Shown here piece by piece: positions 38,868 to 49,777 of a stretch of 64,000 bases of DNA. Source of the DNA: an uncultured virus (IMG/VR IMGVR_UViG_3300047678_000102) (Duplodnaviria > Heunggongvirae > Uroviricota > Caudoviricetes); IMG/VR virus record IMGVR_UViG_3300047678_000102. The stretch is one strand, 5' to 3'. Under the pieces are notes generated by a model that had not been told where the DNA came from, searched no databases, and worked only from the letters and a program-made list of their open reading frames with translations. The translations under genes and the position numbers were made by a program. Position 1 is the first letter of the stretch. Each line of letters opens with the position of its first letter.

Positions 38868-39646
38868 TGTTTAACCAAACATATACCATTCGTTTTAAGA
38901 TGTAAATAATCACGAAACAGAGGGATCTTCTTCCAATTTAGTGGATTAAGTAATATAGATGCGATAGAAATGTGATCTGCTCCAGCATTTAAATAGTCGT
39001 CAATATCTTGTGTTCCTGTCACTCCTCCACCACCAATAACTACTACTCCACCAAACAAATGTTTGACTTCTTCTACTGCCCACAGCGAGTAAGGTTTCAA
39101 TACCTTACCACTCCACCCACCTCCTGGGGTTGGTATGGTATTGCACAGATGGAAATGATTGATCCCGTTATTGAGTAATGGGTACACAAAATCCATCCAT
39201 TTAATTGGAGGTAGTTTTGCAATGATTTTTAGTTTACCCTTCCCATATCTAAAATCTCTAGAGGCACAATATTTACCAATCTCAATAGCTTCGTTAACTA
39301 CCGTTTTAGTTACGTTGGGGCATGAAAGATTAAGTTCAATCGCCAAAGGGTCCCACGTCTCTACCGTATCAATCAATACCTTCCACTCATATAGATTAAA
39401 TCCATGAATGGAAACGATTTTCCCACAATGCCCTAATACTGCTGCCGCAGTAAACCCAGGATTAGGAAGACCTAGTTTATTAATCCAACTCTGTGTTCTA
39501 CGATTATATCTAACTGTGGATAACACTCTCCACCAACGCTTGAAGAATCCTGCTCGTTTATCATGTGTGAATGTCCCCTCAGTTGATGTCACACCATCAA
39601 CATTGAAGTAGTTACCAAATGGAGCACTAATTATTAGTTTGTTCAT
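38858..39646 (-). CDS. pyrD: Dihydroorotate dehydrogenase-like flavoenzyme
   Basis: INKLGLPNPG; ELNLSCPN; GGWSGKVLKP; IGGGGV. Confidence 0.75.
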   Translation of the reverse strand: MNKLIISAPFGNYFNVDGVTSTEGTFTHDKRAGFFKRWWRVLSTVRYNRRTQSWINKLGLPNPGFTAAAVLGHCGKIVSIHGFNLYEWKVLIDTVETWDPLAIELNLSCPNVTKTVVNEAIEIGKYCASRDFRYGKGKLKIIAKLPPIKWMDFVYPLLNNGINHFHLCNTIPTPGGGWSGKVLKPYSLWAVEEVKHLFGGVVVIGGGGVTGTQDIDDYLNAGADHISIASILLNPLNWKKIPLFRDYLHLKTNGICLVKQEP

Positions 39647-40133
39647 GTGCAGCTTAGAACTCCACCATGTTCTTTGTCATCTCACATTTGATTCCACGAT
39701 CATAACAGTATTGTACAAAACAGTACTGACTACAAAGTATCCTATTCCAAGCCCTTTCATACTTAACACATTCGCTTATCTCACGCCCACAATAATCACA
39801 TGTGCCAATTGTTCCAATTAAATCCCAGTAATCAAATCGGGTGGATTCATATTGCATTGATGTCAAATCCCCGACAACTCAGCTAATTTGACATAGGCAC
39901 GATCTAACTCTTGTTTTAATTTGTTAACTTCCATTCTCAGAAGGTGATTTTCAAGTTCATGTCTTTCAACTTCAATTTCCATCACCCAACGCGCACCTGG
40001 CCCAAGCTCAGGATTGACTTTGAGTAGTTCTTTCTCAAATTTATTTCTGAGTAGTTGGCGCAATCCAATGGTTTGTGCATGTCCACCAGACATTATTTGC
40101 GACTCCACATAATCTGACATCGCTACGTCCCCT

Positions 40134-40724
40134 TTACTTCATACTCTTGATCTTATCTTCCATGTCTTCTAATGCTTCTTTAAGTTCTTTTGCCAGACCT
40201 TCGTGAACATGACCTAGAATCTTTAATCGTCTCCATCCTTCACTAGCCAACTTCATAAGATATCCCTTGTTTACATTCATACTATCGCCGTAATTATCAA
40301 TGCTGTCAATCATCTTGCCCATCATAGCAAGAGGGGACATCTTCCGCATCTGGGCTTCACGAATCAGATTCTTCTCTGCTCGTGGTCTACGCAACCATTC
40401 CTTTCCCTCTACAGGGAACGTGAGTTCAAGAACAAGACCAAGAACTTCTGGGCCGCATTCCCTCTCAATGCGGTCGGACCACTGCTTTTGAATCCGCTTC
40501 CGTTCTTCAATGTCGTCCAGTTCGGCTCCAGCGTCTTCCACAACGTCGTGGAGCCACATAGCGGCGATTACTTCGTCAGGCAGTTTGTGAAGAGCAGCAC
40601 GTAATGCACACCTCTCAGGATGAACGATGTATGGAGCATCACTCCACTTACGCTTCACACCTTTGTGTGCTTCGTGAGCAATCTCTTTAGCTTTTTGAAC
40701 CATTTCACTCACTGCTCCTGACAT
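40134..40724 (-). CDS. HD-domain small alarmone hydrolase (SpoT-HD/Mesh1-like)
   Basis: AH.GVKRK....PYIVHP..AAMWLHDVVED..LV.ELT..K..D..DN. Confidence 0.8.
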   Translation of the reverse strand: MSGAVSEMVQKAKEIAHEAHKGVKRKWSDAPYIVHPERCALRAALHKLPDEVIAAMWLHDVVEDAGAELDDIEERKRIQKQWSDRIERECGPEVLGLVLELTFPVEGKEWLRRPRAEKNLIREAQMRKMSPLAMMGKMIDSIDNYGDSMNVNKGYLMKLASEGWRRLKILGHVHEGLAKELKEALEDMEDKIKSMK

Positions 40725-40937
40725 ACTACACCTCTTATTAATGATGAACAAAGTATCTGTAAGCAAGACCACCAAGAACAAACCAAATACCTCTGATGAT
40801 AAACCACATCGCTACCTTCCTGGCAAATGATTTATCGGTAGTATGAGCAATAACTGTCGGCCCGGCAAACATCCCTAGAAAGCAAAATAGTAGCATCAGG
40901 CTAAGAACATCTGTATGGTCTGAGTTGTTACGAGACA

Positions 40938-41369
40938 TTACTTACCCTCGTTAGCGATACTTGCCAAAACGTCTTCAACTGTGAAGTCTTGCATACGTTT
41001 CCTCATTTCCAAAACCTTTTCTTCTGGGACACCATGCAAATTCTTATACTCTCCATTACAAACTACAAACATAATTTCAATACCAAGGTCGTGGGCAGCT
41101 TTGACATAAGGTTTGACGTCCCTCATAGTCAAATTGGTATTGTCAACAATAACGCTCTTACCTTCTTGGAGAGCTTTGATTGTCCTCTTCTGATTCAAAT
41201 TGTGAAACAACCCAAGTTTGGTGGGTTGAAACTCATACTTACCATCAATATAATGGTATTCATCAGTGGAGTAGATAACCGCGTTGTATTGAATGGCTAA
41301 TTCAGCAGACTTGGTGGACTTCCCTCCACCTGAAGGCCCGCGCATAATGATGAGAATTTGTTTATTCAT
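40938..41369 (-). CDS. P-loop kinase (AAA_33, polynucleotide-kinase-like)
   Basis: IMRGPSGGGKST; STDEY; VIVDNTN; HGVP. Confidence 0.8.
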   Translation of the reverse strand: MNKQILIIMRGPSGGGKSTKSAELAIQYNAVIYSTDEYHYIDGKYEFQPTKLGLFHNLNQKRTIKALQEGKSVIVDNTNLTMRDVKPYVKAAHDLGIEIMFVVCNGEYKNLHGVPEEKVLEMRKRMQDFTVEDVLASIANEGK

Positions 41370-41905
41370 ATTGGTCCTTTCGGATTCAAAAGGTGATTTC
41401 TAAGAACTTGTGCTGCTTGATAGAAACCATGATCTTCAAGGAAATCACATGCTACTTGTGATTCTTCAATGGGAGTGACATCTAGTTGATCCAACCACTT
41501 GGTTGGCATTCTACGAACTCGAAGAATTTCAATACCAGTCTTCTCATCTTCAAATACATAATACTTTCGGTTTGGAGCCTTCTTGCCAAGTGATCGAATT
41601 CCTCTAGATCTATAGACAGTATCGGCAAAATTATAGTGATCGCCGAGAAAGTTCCTTGGTCTGAACACTTGACTAATTCTAATACCATTAGTGGCAAAAG
41701 TGTAAGTCGACCATTTAGGAGGTCTACCGCAACATCTCTGGTGCCCAATACCAAAAGATCTATCACAAGTTTTGAGATACTCTTGTACTTCTTTTGACCC
41801 ACCAATAACAATAAAATTACCCTTCTTAGTAACTTGAAAAATCTTTGTAGACGGACTATACCGAGAAGGTTTAGCTAATACAATTGTTGGATTAGTCGTA
41901 AACAT
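41366..41905 (-). CDS. Hypothetical protein with C-terminal TIGR02996-like motif
   Basis: SQVACDFLEDHGFYQAAQVLR. Confidence 0.6.
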   Translation of the reverse strand: MFTTNPTIVLAKPSRYSPSTKIFQVTKKGNFIVIGGSKEVQEYLKTCDRSFGIGHQRCCGRPPKWSTYTFATNGIRISQVFRPRNFLGDHYNFADTVYRSRGIRSLGKKAPNRKYYVFEDEKTGIEILRVRRMPTKWLDQLDVTPIEESQVACDFLEDHGFYQAAQVLRNHLLNPKGPI

Positions 41906-41912
41906 AAGAAGG

Positions 41913-41977
41913 TGCAGGAATCATACGCCGGGGCTTTGAACTTAAACAATTGCCACACTAACGTATGATTCCTGCAT
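41913..41977 (-). promoter_or_regulatory. Leader with 11-aa mini-ORF inside a 15-bp hairpin
   Basis: GGAG-ACAT-ATG..TAA (41977-41942, MQESYVSVAIV); stem TGCAGGAATCATACG/CGTATGATTCCTGCA. Confidence 0.5.
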
Positions 41978-42015
41978 ATGTCTCCGTGGCATTTTGATTA
42001 AACCGCCGTTACAAG

Positions 42016-42044
42016 TTTGACGGTTTAGGCATTGAGAGGGCTTT
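42016..42044 (-). promoter_or_regulatory. Phage early promoter copy 19
   Basis: AAAGCC-N16-CGTCAAA. Confidence 0.85.
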
Positions 42045-42371
42045 TGGTTTATTCAGTTCTCTAATTAAGAAAACCCGTAGATCGTCTTCCTCATCCATAG
42101 TTAATGGTCTACCATTCTTTTTAGAATGGTGATCATTTGCCTTCTTTAATACAATATCTAACCACTCCTCTCGCAAAGGCATAATTATCTCCTATCTAAT
42201 CTTTAAAAGGATCGTAGATTAGATCTTCATATGCTTTCCAGCGTTTACAAAGTTCACATTCTGGTTCAAACTCATCACACTTATCTCCCCACCATTTGAT
42301 GAGGTACCATTCAATTTCACCTTTGAGTTTGTATAGATCATTGTCAAACTCATAATTAGTTTCATCTTTAT

Positions 42372-42644
42372 TCATTCTTGTTCTCTTATATATTCTTTGT
42401 TGTCTATCTTCACACGTTGTAAGTTCTCTAATGGTATGGTACGATACCCTTTGTTCTCAACATCATAGACACAAACCAAATTCTTTTCTCGAAATGAATA
42501 AGGAGGAACGCCTCCCTTGAGGAATTCCGTAACTCCCTTTTTACATTTCATCACTCTAGTTAAACCAGTTGTTCTCTTAATGAATTCGACTTCAAACTCA
42601 TCTGTTCCTTGATACTCAGACACCAGTTTAGCAAGATCAGTCAT
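42372..42644 (-). CDS. WYL_2/SH3-barrel-like protein
   Basis: VEFIKRTTG.TRVMKC..GV..VYDVENKGYRTI.LENL. Confidence 0.7.
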   Translation of the reverse strand: MTDLAKLVSEYQGTDEFEVEFIKRTTGLTRVMKCKKGVTEFLKGGVPPYSFREKNLVCVYDVENKGYRTIPLENLQRVKIDNKEYIREQE

Positions 42645-42681
42645 AAAAAGAAAACCTGTAAGGGTTTAGGCCGCTTACAGG

Positions 42682-42710
42682 TTTGACGTTTATGACAATA
42701 CTAAGGCTCT
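42682..42710 (-). promoter_or_regulatory. Phage early promoter copy 20 (overlapped by hairpin 42652-42684)
   Basis: AGAGCC-N16-CGTCAAA; AAACCTGTAAG/CTTACAGGTTT stem plus U-run. Confidence 0.85.
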
Positions 42711-42982
42711 TGTTAGACCATTAATCCAATCTCCCTGCCACCAATAGAAAGTACATAAATACCTCTTCAGGTATGTAGTAAGTTCTATCATCTTTTGGCG
42801 CTAAGACGTATTTAGTTGATATCATATGAGAAGGAGGAGTTATTCCTAATCTACTTGCCAATTGTTTAGAGTTGTCTATTTCCTTTTGTAAGACAACACC
42901 TTTTGGTAAATTCCACTCTTGAATTAACCAAAGACCGCGTTGAAGTTCTTCTTCTCGATCAGGTTTTGGCAATGGTAAGTCA

Positions 42983-43744
42983 TTAATCTTCGTCATCACA
43001 CAACTCCTTTTTAACATCTTCCCAAGGAAAAGTTTCTACTGTTCCTTCTTTGATTCCTTCTACTGTTTTTTGCATTTTCCCAAGGAAAGCAGCGGCTTCA
43101 GATGGACCACCATAAAAAGAAATATCCCAAAAGATAGCATCTAAAAAATCAAGTAAGGAGAATTCTCTTTTACCCTTAAACAGAGTCATACTATGAGGAT
43201 ATGTCTTACTTGTCTCATCAATATGATGAATCTCAATGTCAGTGTTGACTTTTATGGGTAGATCAGCAAGTACATACATTGGAGTACATGACACTGAGTA
43301 TGCAATCTTATCAGTGTCCCCATACATTTTCTTTTGTTCTTCAGTAGTTACTTGGCCCCACCCATGAAAACCAGTGTAAAAATCAACACTTGGGTCTAAT
43401 TGTTCTTTCTTATGCTTCTTGTACGTCCATACTTCGGCATCCCAGTACACTTCTAGATAATCAATTTTATCACCAGTGTCTGGTTCTGAAACTGGTTGTT
43501 TGATCTGAGCTAGAAATTGATCCATATCTCGGCACCAGGAATACATTGAGATGAAAGATTTTAGTAACTCATCTTTCTCAACTGCGGTAAAAATGTCTTT
43601 GAGAGTAACACCTTCTTCTATCTCAACTTCTTTACGAAGACAAGAAACGTAGGTATCTCTTATCTTGTCTTCGTATTCTTGCGTATCCCCATTCCACTTT
43701 ATATCTATGAATCCGTTCTTGGTGATCTTTACAGTATCTCCCAT
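42983..43744 (-). CDS. Conserved phage hypothetical protein
   Basis: 253 aa; FHGWG..YSVS.TP...LADLPI..FSLLDFLDAIFWDISFYGGP. Confidence 0.7.
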   Translation of the reverse strand: MGDTVKITKNGFIDIKWNGDTQEYEDKIRDTYVSCLRKEVEIEEGVTLKDIFTAVEKDELLKSFISMYSWCRDMDQFLAQIKQPVSEPDTGDKIDYLEVYWDAEVWTYKKHKKEQLDPSVDFYTGFHGWGQVTTEEQKKMYGDTDKIAYSVSCTPMYVLADLPIKVNTDIEIHHIDETSKTYPHSMTLFKGKREFSLLDFLDAIFWDISFYGGPSEAAAFLGKMQKTVEGIKEGTVETFPWEDVKKELCDDED

Positions 43745-44131
43745 TATTAATCTCCGTCCTTTAGTTTGCGTTGCTTTCTGATTTTTTTCATTACTTTAGC
43801 TACTTCTACTTCATCCTTACCATATGGTTTTTCGGTACCATCTATGTAATAAACCATTAACACTTTAATCTGATCTGCATAATCTCTCAATAATAGAATT
43901 AATGCCAACCCATCTACAAGCCATCTATCTCCATCTTGACCTAGTCCTGCTTTGGATTCTAAAACATTAGTCACACCATTGTCTAAAATAACTTCTATAG
44001 TGGCTAGTTTATCATGAGTTCTTGCTTTCCCTAGATCTAAATCTGCGGTGATCCAGGCACGTTGTTGTTCTGAATACCAAAAATACGTACCTTTGGTATT
44101 AGGAGGACCAATGAAAAACATCTTGGTCATA

Positions 44132-44563
44132 TTATCTAATCACCTGAAGGTACCTTTGTGGAACGCAATTAGGAATCTTACCTGCATAGTAATTATCATC
44201 TCCCAACATAATACGTAGCACATCTAACCGTTCCCTACGTTCTTCTCGCAACCAGTTTTCCCCTTCTTCATCTCCGGCCCCATCATCTCTAGCTTCTTGA
44301 GTCAAGCATTGTAGACTATAGATGTGTTGCCAAATCTCCCGAAGCCGGTTGTTCTCTTTGATTGCTTCTCTCCATCTATCGTTGTTACCTGGGTCCATAC
44401 TTTCAAGCCAAACACCAAAAGCCCAGTTCAACTCCAAGTTGCTGTTACAAACTTCAGCGCTTGGTAATCTAAACCTATCCTCAGGAAGAGGACGGGTATC
44501 TGTTGGAATTTGGATATCTGTTAAAACAAAAAGAAGGAGTGGGACACTAAACATTACTTCCAC
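44132..44563 (-). CDS. Gemmataceae-type conserved hypothetical protein
   Basis: P..EDRFRLP...C...L..N..F..E.NRL..IW..RRE.L..LR.MLG...YYAG.IP..VP; resembles a Gemmataceae family (from memory). Confidence 0.55.
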   Translation of the reverse strand: MEVMFSVPLLLFVLTDIQIPTDTRPLPEDRFRLPSAEVCNSNLELNWAFGVWLESMDPGNNDRWREAIKENNRLREIWQHIYSLQCLTQEARDDGAGDEEGENWLREERRERLDVLRIMLGDDNYYAGKIPNCVPQRYLQVIR

Positions 44564-44780
44564 TCCTTCTTCTGATTGACTCGTGCCAATCGCTTTCTGG
44601 TAGGTTCAGTACGAGTCCTCATCCTACGTTGAATGTTAGGATGAGTCCGCATTTTAGGCGATTCAATCACAATAGTGAATCCCTTAGTTTCTTTCTCACG
44701 AACAATGGTAGCATACATATCAATCTCTCTTGTATAAGTTTGTGGAACACTGTTACTATTATAACCTTTCCCGTTATTAG

Positions 44781-44809
44781 TTTGACGTTTTATCCACTAC
44801 TGAGGCTCT
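44781..44809 (-). promoter_or_regulatory. Phage early promoter copy 21
   Basis: AGAGCC-N16-CGTCAAA. Confidence 0.85.
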
Positions 44810-45044
44810 TGATAACTCAATACCGCCAGCTCTCCATAACATCACATTTATCGCAGCTTGCCTTTTTTGCAATCCTTTTAACGATTTCATTGGTTCCTGC
44901 ACCACAATCGTCATCACAGATACTCGCAGGAGCCCAAACACGAATTTCCCTCCATTTGTTTTGTCGTTTGGTTGAAACATAACCTCCAAATAATGCTTCA
45001 ACGACACCATTTGTAACTCTAAGTTTAGTGTTTCTCATTACTAG

Positions 45045-45650
45045 TTACTCCATGGGATATTTTTCGGCAGAATTCATCCAAGATCCCGGTTCTGGAACAA
45101 ATGTTCCCTTGTTCTTGATCACATTTCTCATAATACGCGCAAGACGTTTACTCGAAAGAGAATTCCAATATTGGGTATTGAATCTGTTCTCTTTTTCATC
45201 TTGAACCCCCACACCACCATTCAATCCCGCTCCTTCTTCGAAAGCTTTTTCAATCAAGTCAAGATTATCTGAAGTGAAGATTTGCAATTCTTCTACGTAA
45301 TTAATCATTGTTGCACGGTAAGATGTTCTAACGCCTTCAACTTTCAATTTATCAAACAATCTGATTGAGCTTAGGAATACACTACCAATTGCGCACGCTT
45401 CACACTTCTCTGTGATTTTATCAATCTGTTTCTGAGCGTCCCATTTATAAGATCTGGTAGGACATACTTGCTCCCAAGAAATACCACTTCTAGGACGAAG
45501 ATACGTCCCACTACAAGGTTGAAGTGCCTTCAATTTTAGTTGAAGTAACACATCCTTTGCCACAAGAACTGCTCGCTCTTCCATTGGCAGTGCATCAAAA
45601 TCCTTTTTAGTATACCTTTTAACCACCTTTTCCGTAGCTTTTGCAGACAT
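45045..45650 (-). CDS. CxxCAxG family hypothetical protein (paralog 4)
   Basis: MEERAVLVAKDVLLQLKLK identical to 18512 paralog; CEACAIG. Confidence 0.75.
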   Translation of the reverse strand: MSAKATEKVVKRYTKKDFDALPMEERAVLVAKDVLLQLKLKALQPCSGTYLRPRSGISWEQVCPTRSYKWDAQKQIDKITEKCEACAIGSVFLSSIRLFDKLKVEGVRTSYRATMINYVEELQIFTSDNLDLIEKAFEEGAGLNGGVGVQDEKENRFNTQYWNSLSSKRLARIMRNVIKNKGTFVPEPGSWMNSAEKYPME

Positions 45651-45865
45651 TACATACTCCTTGTAAAAAGTTAAGGTTCTTCTTCACTAAACAAATCACC
45701 AGAATCAACCCAATATGTGGTATTGTCGTACCACATCACTTCAACATCAACATATCCACCCCATGGGTTTTTGATTGTGGGCTTAGTTTGAACTACAACC
45801 CCCTTTAAATACTCATCATCCTCTACCACGTCCCAGACTTTAACTAATTGAGTTTTAAGCATAAA

Positions 45866-46399
45866 CTACAGTTTCTCCTTCTCGGGAGTCCCTACGACTT
45901 CCTGGGACGTGCTGGAGAGTTGAAAAGCCTTCTTGGTTAGCTCGTAAACGTGCCTGTTAGGCGCTTCTTTATGCGGCCAATTCTCCCACCATTCAATAAT
46001 ATCTCTATCTAATCCTAATGCATCACAGATAGCAAATGACATTGACGGACTTCTACTAATACCCGCCCTACAATGAACTATAAGTAACTCTGCTTTATCT
46101 TTATGAGTGTTAATGAATTCTCTAACTAATTCAGCATGACTCTCTTGCATACACAAATCAGTTAACATTTCACCATTGTACCAATGAAAATCTTCAAATC
46201 CATTGATTAAGATATCAATATCCATAAACTGTAATCTAAGCAATCCCAGTTTGAATCTACTTGGTGGAATAAAAGCTTCTTTTGAAGGATCTGTAATAGA
46301 CACAATGATATAAGGAACAGTAGGAAGATATCTTCCTACTTCGAATTCTGGTAAGACTACAATTTTTCTATCATGGTACATCTCAATTCGATATTGCAA
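45866..46399 (-). CDS. Cys-dependent (PTP/DSP-like) phosphatase
   Basis: VHCRAGISRS (CX5R); VSITDP; PNRHV. Confidence 0.8.
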   Translation of the reverse strand: MQYRIEMYHDRKIVVLPEFEVGRYLPTVPYIIVSITDPSKEAFIPPSRFKLGLLRLQFMDIDILINGFEDFHWYNGEMLTDLCMQESHAELVREFINTHKDKAELLIVHCRAGISRSPSMSFAICDALGLDRDIIEWWENWPHKEAPNRHVYELTKKAFQLSSTSQEVVGTPEKEKL

Positions 46400-46721
46400 A
46401 AGTAAGAAGAATCAAAAATAACACAGTAACAACTAACAGAATGAATGCCGCTGGTTTATCTACAGGTTCTGGTTTATTTGCATAGTGTTCCTTCATAAGA
46501 TCGCCAATTTCTTTGAATACTTTTTCTTGTTTCTCCGCTATTTCTTCGAATGCGTCAGTGCATTTAGTACATGAATTCATATGCTCTTCATAAAACTCAG
46601 GATCTTTTAAAGTTGCATTAAAAAACTCAATGAATTCTTTTCGATATGAGTAGCAGGGTTGATGTTTAAGTTGCGACAAGTTCATTATGAGCCTTTTGCA
46701 AGAGGTTTAATCGCTTACAAG

Positions 46722-46750
46722 TTTGACGTTTTAATCACTACTAAGGCTCT
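46722..46750 (-). promoter_or_regulatory. Phage early promoter copy 22
   Basis: AGAGCC-N16-CGTCAAA. Confidence 0.85.
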
Positions 46751-48606
46751 TGTTAGATCAATCTCTACCATTTTGCTTTGAAATAATGTAACTCACCATT
46801 ATATAGAATCATAGCAAGAACTTCTGTACAACCTTTTCTTGGAATCAACCTCATAATTTTACATTTCGTCTTTAGCTTTTCTCCTGTTTTCGCAAATGTA
46901 AGTTCAAACACTTTACAATCACCTACTTTGACATTTTCCATTAAGAACTCCACAAAGAACTCCTCGCAGAAAGAGTGGAAAAGGTGAGGCTGACTGAAGG
47001 GATGACTACTTAAGATCTTGAATCTTTTCAGGAGCGAAGGGGCTGTCCCATTCTTGCTTTGGGAAGTAGATAGGATCTAATTCCTCATCAATCATACATT
47101 CCATGAGTATCGAAGCGTGAGATGTGAGTTTGCGTAGCATACCTTGACGTGATTGAACTGACCGTCTCTTATCATATGCTTTAGCTCTAATAATTCTACA
47201 AGACCAAAGAGTGAATATAATAGCTAGAGCTCTGGCACATAGAATATTCTCATCTATCACTTCAAAGTTATGGACCGGATTACTTCTAATCCTATCCCAT
47301 AGATGGACTGACAAATCGTTAAGCCACAAAGCGACGTTGGTGGACCTTAATGAATCAGTTCTATTACCAATGGATTCCCCAATGAAGTTTAGCCAGTAAA
47401 CACTATCTTTACCAGTCATATGTCTAAGTTCGATGTCTACGGCAGTGTATGACAACGACTCAGCTTTTACTGGTTGAATTGGAAGGTTCATGGGAATCTC
47501 CTGGTTAGTGGTTTCCTTCACTCTAATAGATCCCCAGACTGTATCATTATCGTTATCTAGATCATAGGCTTCTAACCCCTCGTGTTCTAACAAATCACAC
47601 ACATTAGATCTGGCATCACTGGAAGTGTCAGATAGTTCTTCATCATCATCTGTATAAAAATATTTCCAGAATCCTACAGAATTATCTTTTGAATCTTTAA
47701 AAAGTTGATCAAAGTAATCTAACGCTTTAACTTTGTTATATAACTCCTCTTGAGTCATTTCTTACCTATCCTTTCGTATCTACCAACAAACCAAAGGAAA
47801 TAAAATGGAAAGGGTAGAAGGTCTTCTACCAGTTTGAAATGCCACTTCTTCCCAGATCTATCTATGACATAGAAATGGGGAATAACACTTTTCCTCCAGA
47901 GAGCTCTGATCTTTACACTCTTTAATACACACATCAAATACACTGCTCCTAACAAGCAGTTTCCCTTACACGGAGTATTAGATATGTTTTCCATTGGTTA
48001 GTAATTCAAAGAGTGATTGTGATCAAATACTTCTGGTCCATATTTATCAGCCAGTCTAAGAAGACTTTCCAACTTTAACTCATCCGCAGTTAACTTCCTT
48101 GGAAACCGCAGACTAATGTGTGTACTACCACAAGTTACGCACCCACTAATAGAAGCACTTTCTGCTTCATTATGAGTGGGATAACCGTGGTGACACTTCA
48201 AACATTCGAATGTCATTCTACTTTCCTTTCTTATTTTTGACTTCGAGATACTTAATTTGCGAATCTCGAAGAGCTTGAATCGCTTTCTTCTTCGCTGGAA
48301 AAGACCGCTTATCCATCTCATCAAGAACTTTCAAATAATCTTCGTCGTTGCCTTTAACTTCATCATGAATCCTATCACCCATAAGATCTTGGAGGGTATC
48401 TGGATCATTATATAAATCATCAGCGAGCGCCCCCATGATATCCCCACACCCATTCTTCTTCAACTTCTTGATATGCTTGCTCCACTTATCATCTAGAAAC
48501 CCAGATGAAGAGGAACACATATCTGATGCCATATCACCAACCGCATCTTCAAGGAAGTTAGACACGTTATTAGCTGCATTCTTAATTTGCTTTTCGTCCA
48601 TCATTA

Positions 48607-49152
48607 CTAATTCTCCCTTACAACAGAGTTACCAGACAGAAACTCTTCCACTTGATTCATAAACTCTTCGTTGATCTCATAATATTGATTAGACAATCTA
48701 TCGGACACTTCTCTTACTTCTTCCCAATCATCTTCATGATTGTCTTCATTACCATCATCATCGTAAGTCCGGCCACCTTGTTCAAAAGCCCAATACCCAC
48801 GGCCAAAGAATCCCCTGTTCCTAACTTTGTAGGGATCCGTTTGGATATGGGGTTTAATCTCACTAAGCATATTCAAAATCTCTTCAACTTCTTTGGAGCC
48901 ATCTCCTCGCATCTCTTTGATTGTGGTAACAAGCTCGTCAAAGTGGACAGCATACCCATTATCCACCCACTGCATAAACCCACCGTTCTCTACCTGGTAG
49001 TTAAAATTACCAAGGACAACGGCTTTACGTTGTTCTGAAGTCAATCCATACAGAAAGCCTTCGTAGGCTTTACCTTTTAGATCACCTCCGGTCCAACGTT
49101 CGTAGGCAGTGGACATTAACCCGTCCCACACTGGATGCTTTTCCTCGCTCAC
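48607..49152 (-). CDS. DMP19/DUF4375-like protein
   Basis: VLGNFNYQVENGGFMQWVDNGY; acidic. Confidence 0.7.
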   Translation of the reverse strand: MSEEKHPVWDGLMSTAYERWTGGDLKGKAYEGFLYGLTSEQRKAVVLGNFNYQVENGGFMQWVDNGYAVHFDELVTTIKEMRGDGSKEVEEILNMLSEIKPHIQTDPYKVRNRGFFGRGYWAFEQGGRTYDDDGNEDNHEDDWEEVREVSDRLSNQYYEINEEFMNQVEEFLSGNSVVREN

Positions 49153-49191
49153 ATACTACTCCTAATTTGGGGGTTTTTCTAAGGCTAATAA

Positions 49192-49220
49192 TTTGACGGG
49201 GTTAGGACTGGCAGGGCTTT
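49192..49220 (-). promoter_or_regulatory. Phage early promoter copy 23
   Basis: AAAGCC-N16-CGTCAAA. Confidence 0.85.
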
Positions 49221-49777
49221 TGAAAGGCCAATAAATATTAGAAAGTTCCCCATGCGGTATTTATGGGGTCAGAATATCTTTCGTATTCCCACCTTACATC
49301 TTCTAATTGATCATAGTCTTCTTTGTAAAGAAGTTGGTTATCACTCATAGAATTTGGATGGGCATACTTACAAACTTTTGCATATCCTTTACTAAACAAA
49401 GTAGGTCGCACAATCTCCATATAATAATCATGTCCAGAGATGATCTCCCCATCTACATACCCTAAACTGTTGACATAAATCATTAAGTCCTCTGGCTTTC
49501 AAGGATTTTGATTCTCTTTTCAAGTTCAACCAGTTTCTTTTCCACATTCGACATATTACTCTTCTCAACCAATTCCAAACAATCAATAGGATAAGGAATG
49601 CTACTTCGCATCCCATCTGAAACTCTTGTTAAGCAACAAGGGTGTCCAACATGAGTAGAATACATCTTAGATACAATCCATTTATTAGATTGTTTTTCCA
49701 CAGTTAACACTGGGTTTTTAATCATTACAATGTCAAATTCTTCAATGGTGTAAGACATTTGAAACTCCCTTTGTTAG

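Noticed and set aside
44555..44720. Three-hairpin ncRNA after promoter 21
   Set aside because: Region is a 54-codon ORF (MYATIVREKE..) below the track cutoff, so the hairpins may be incidental
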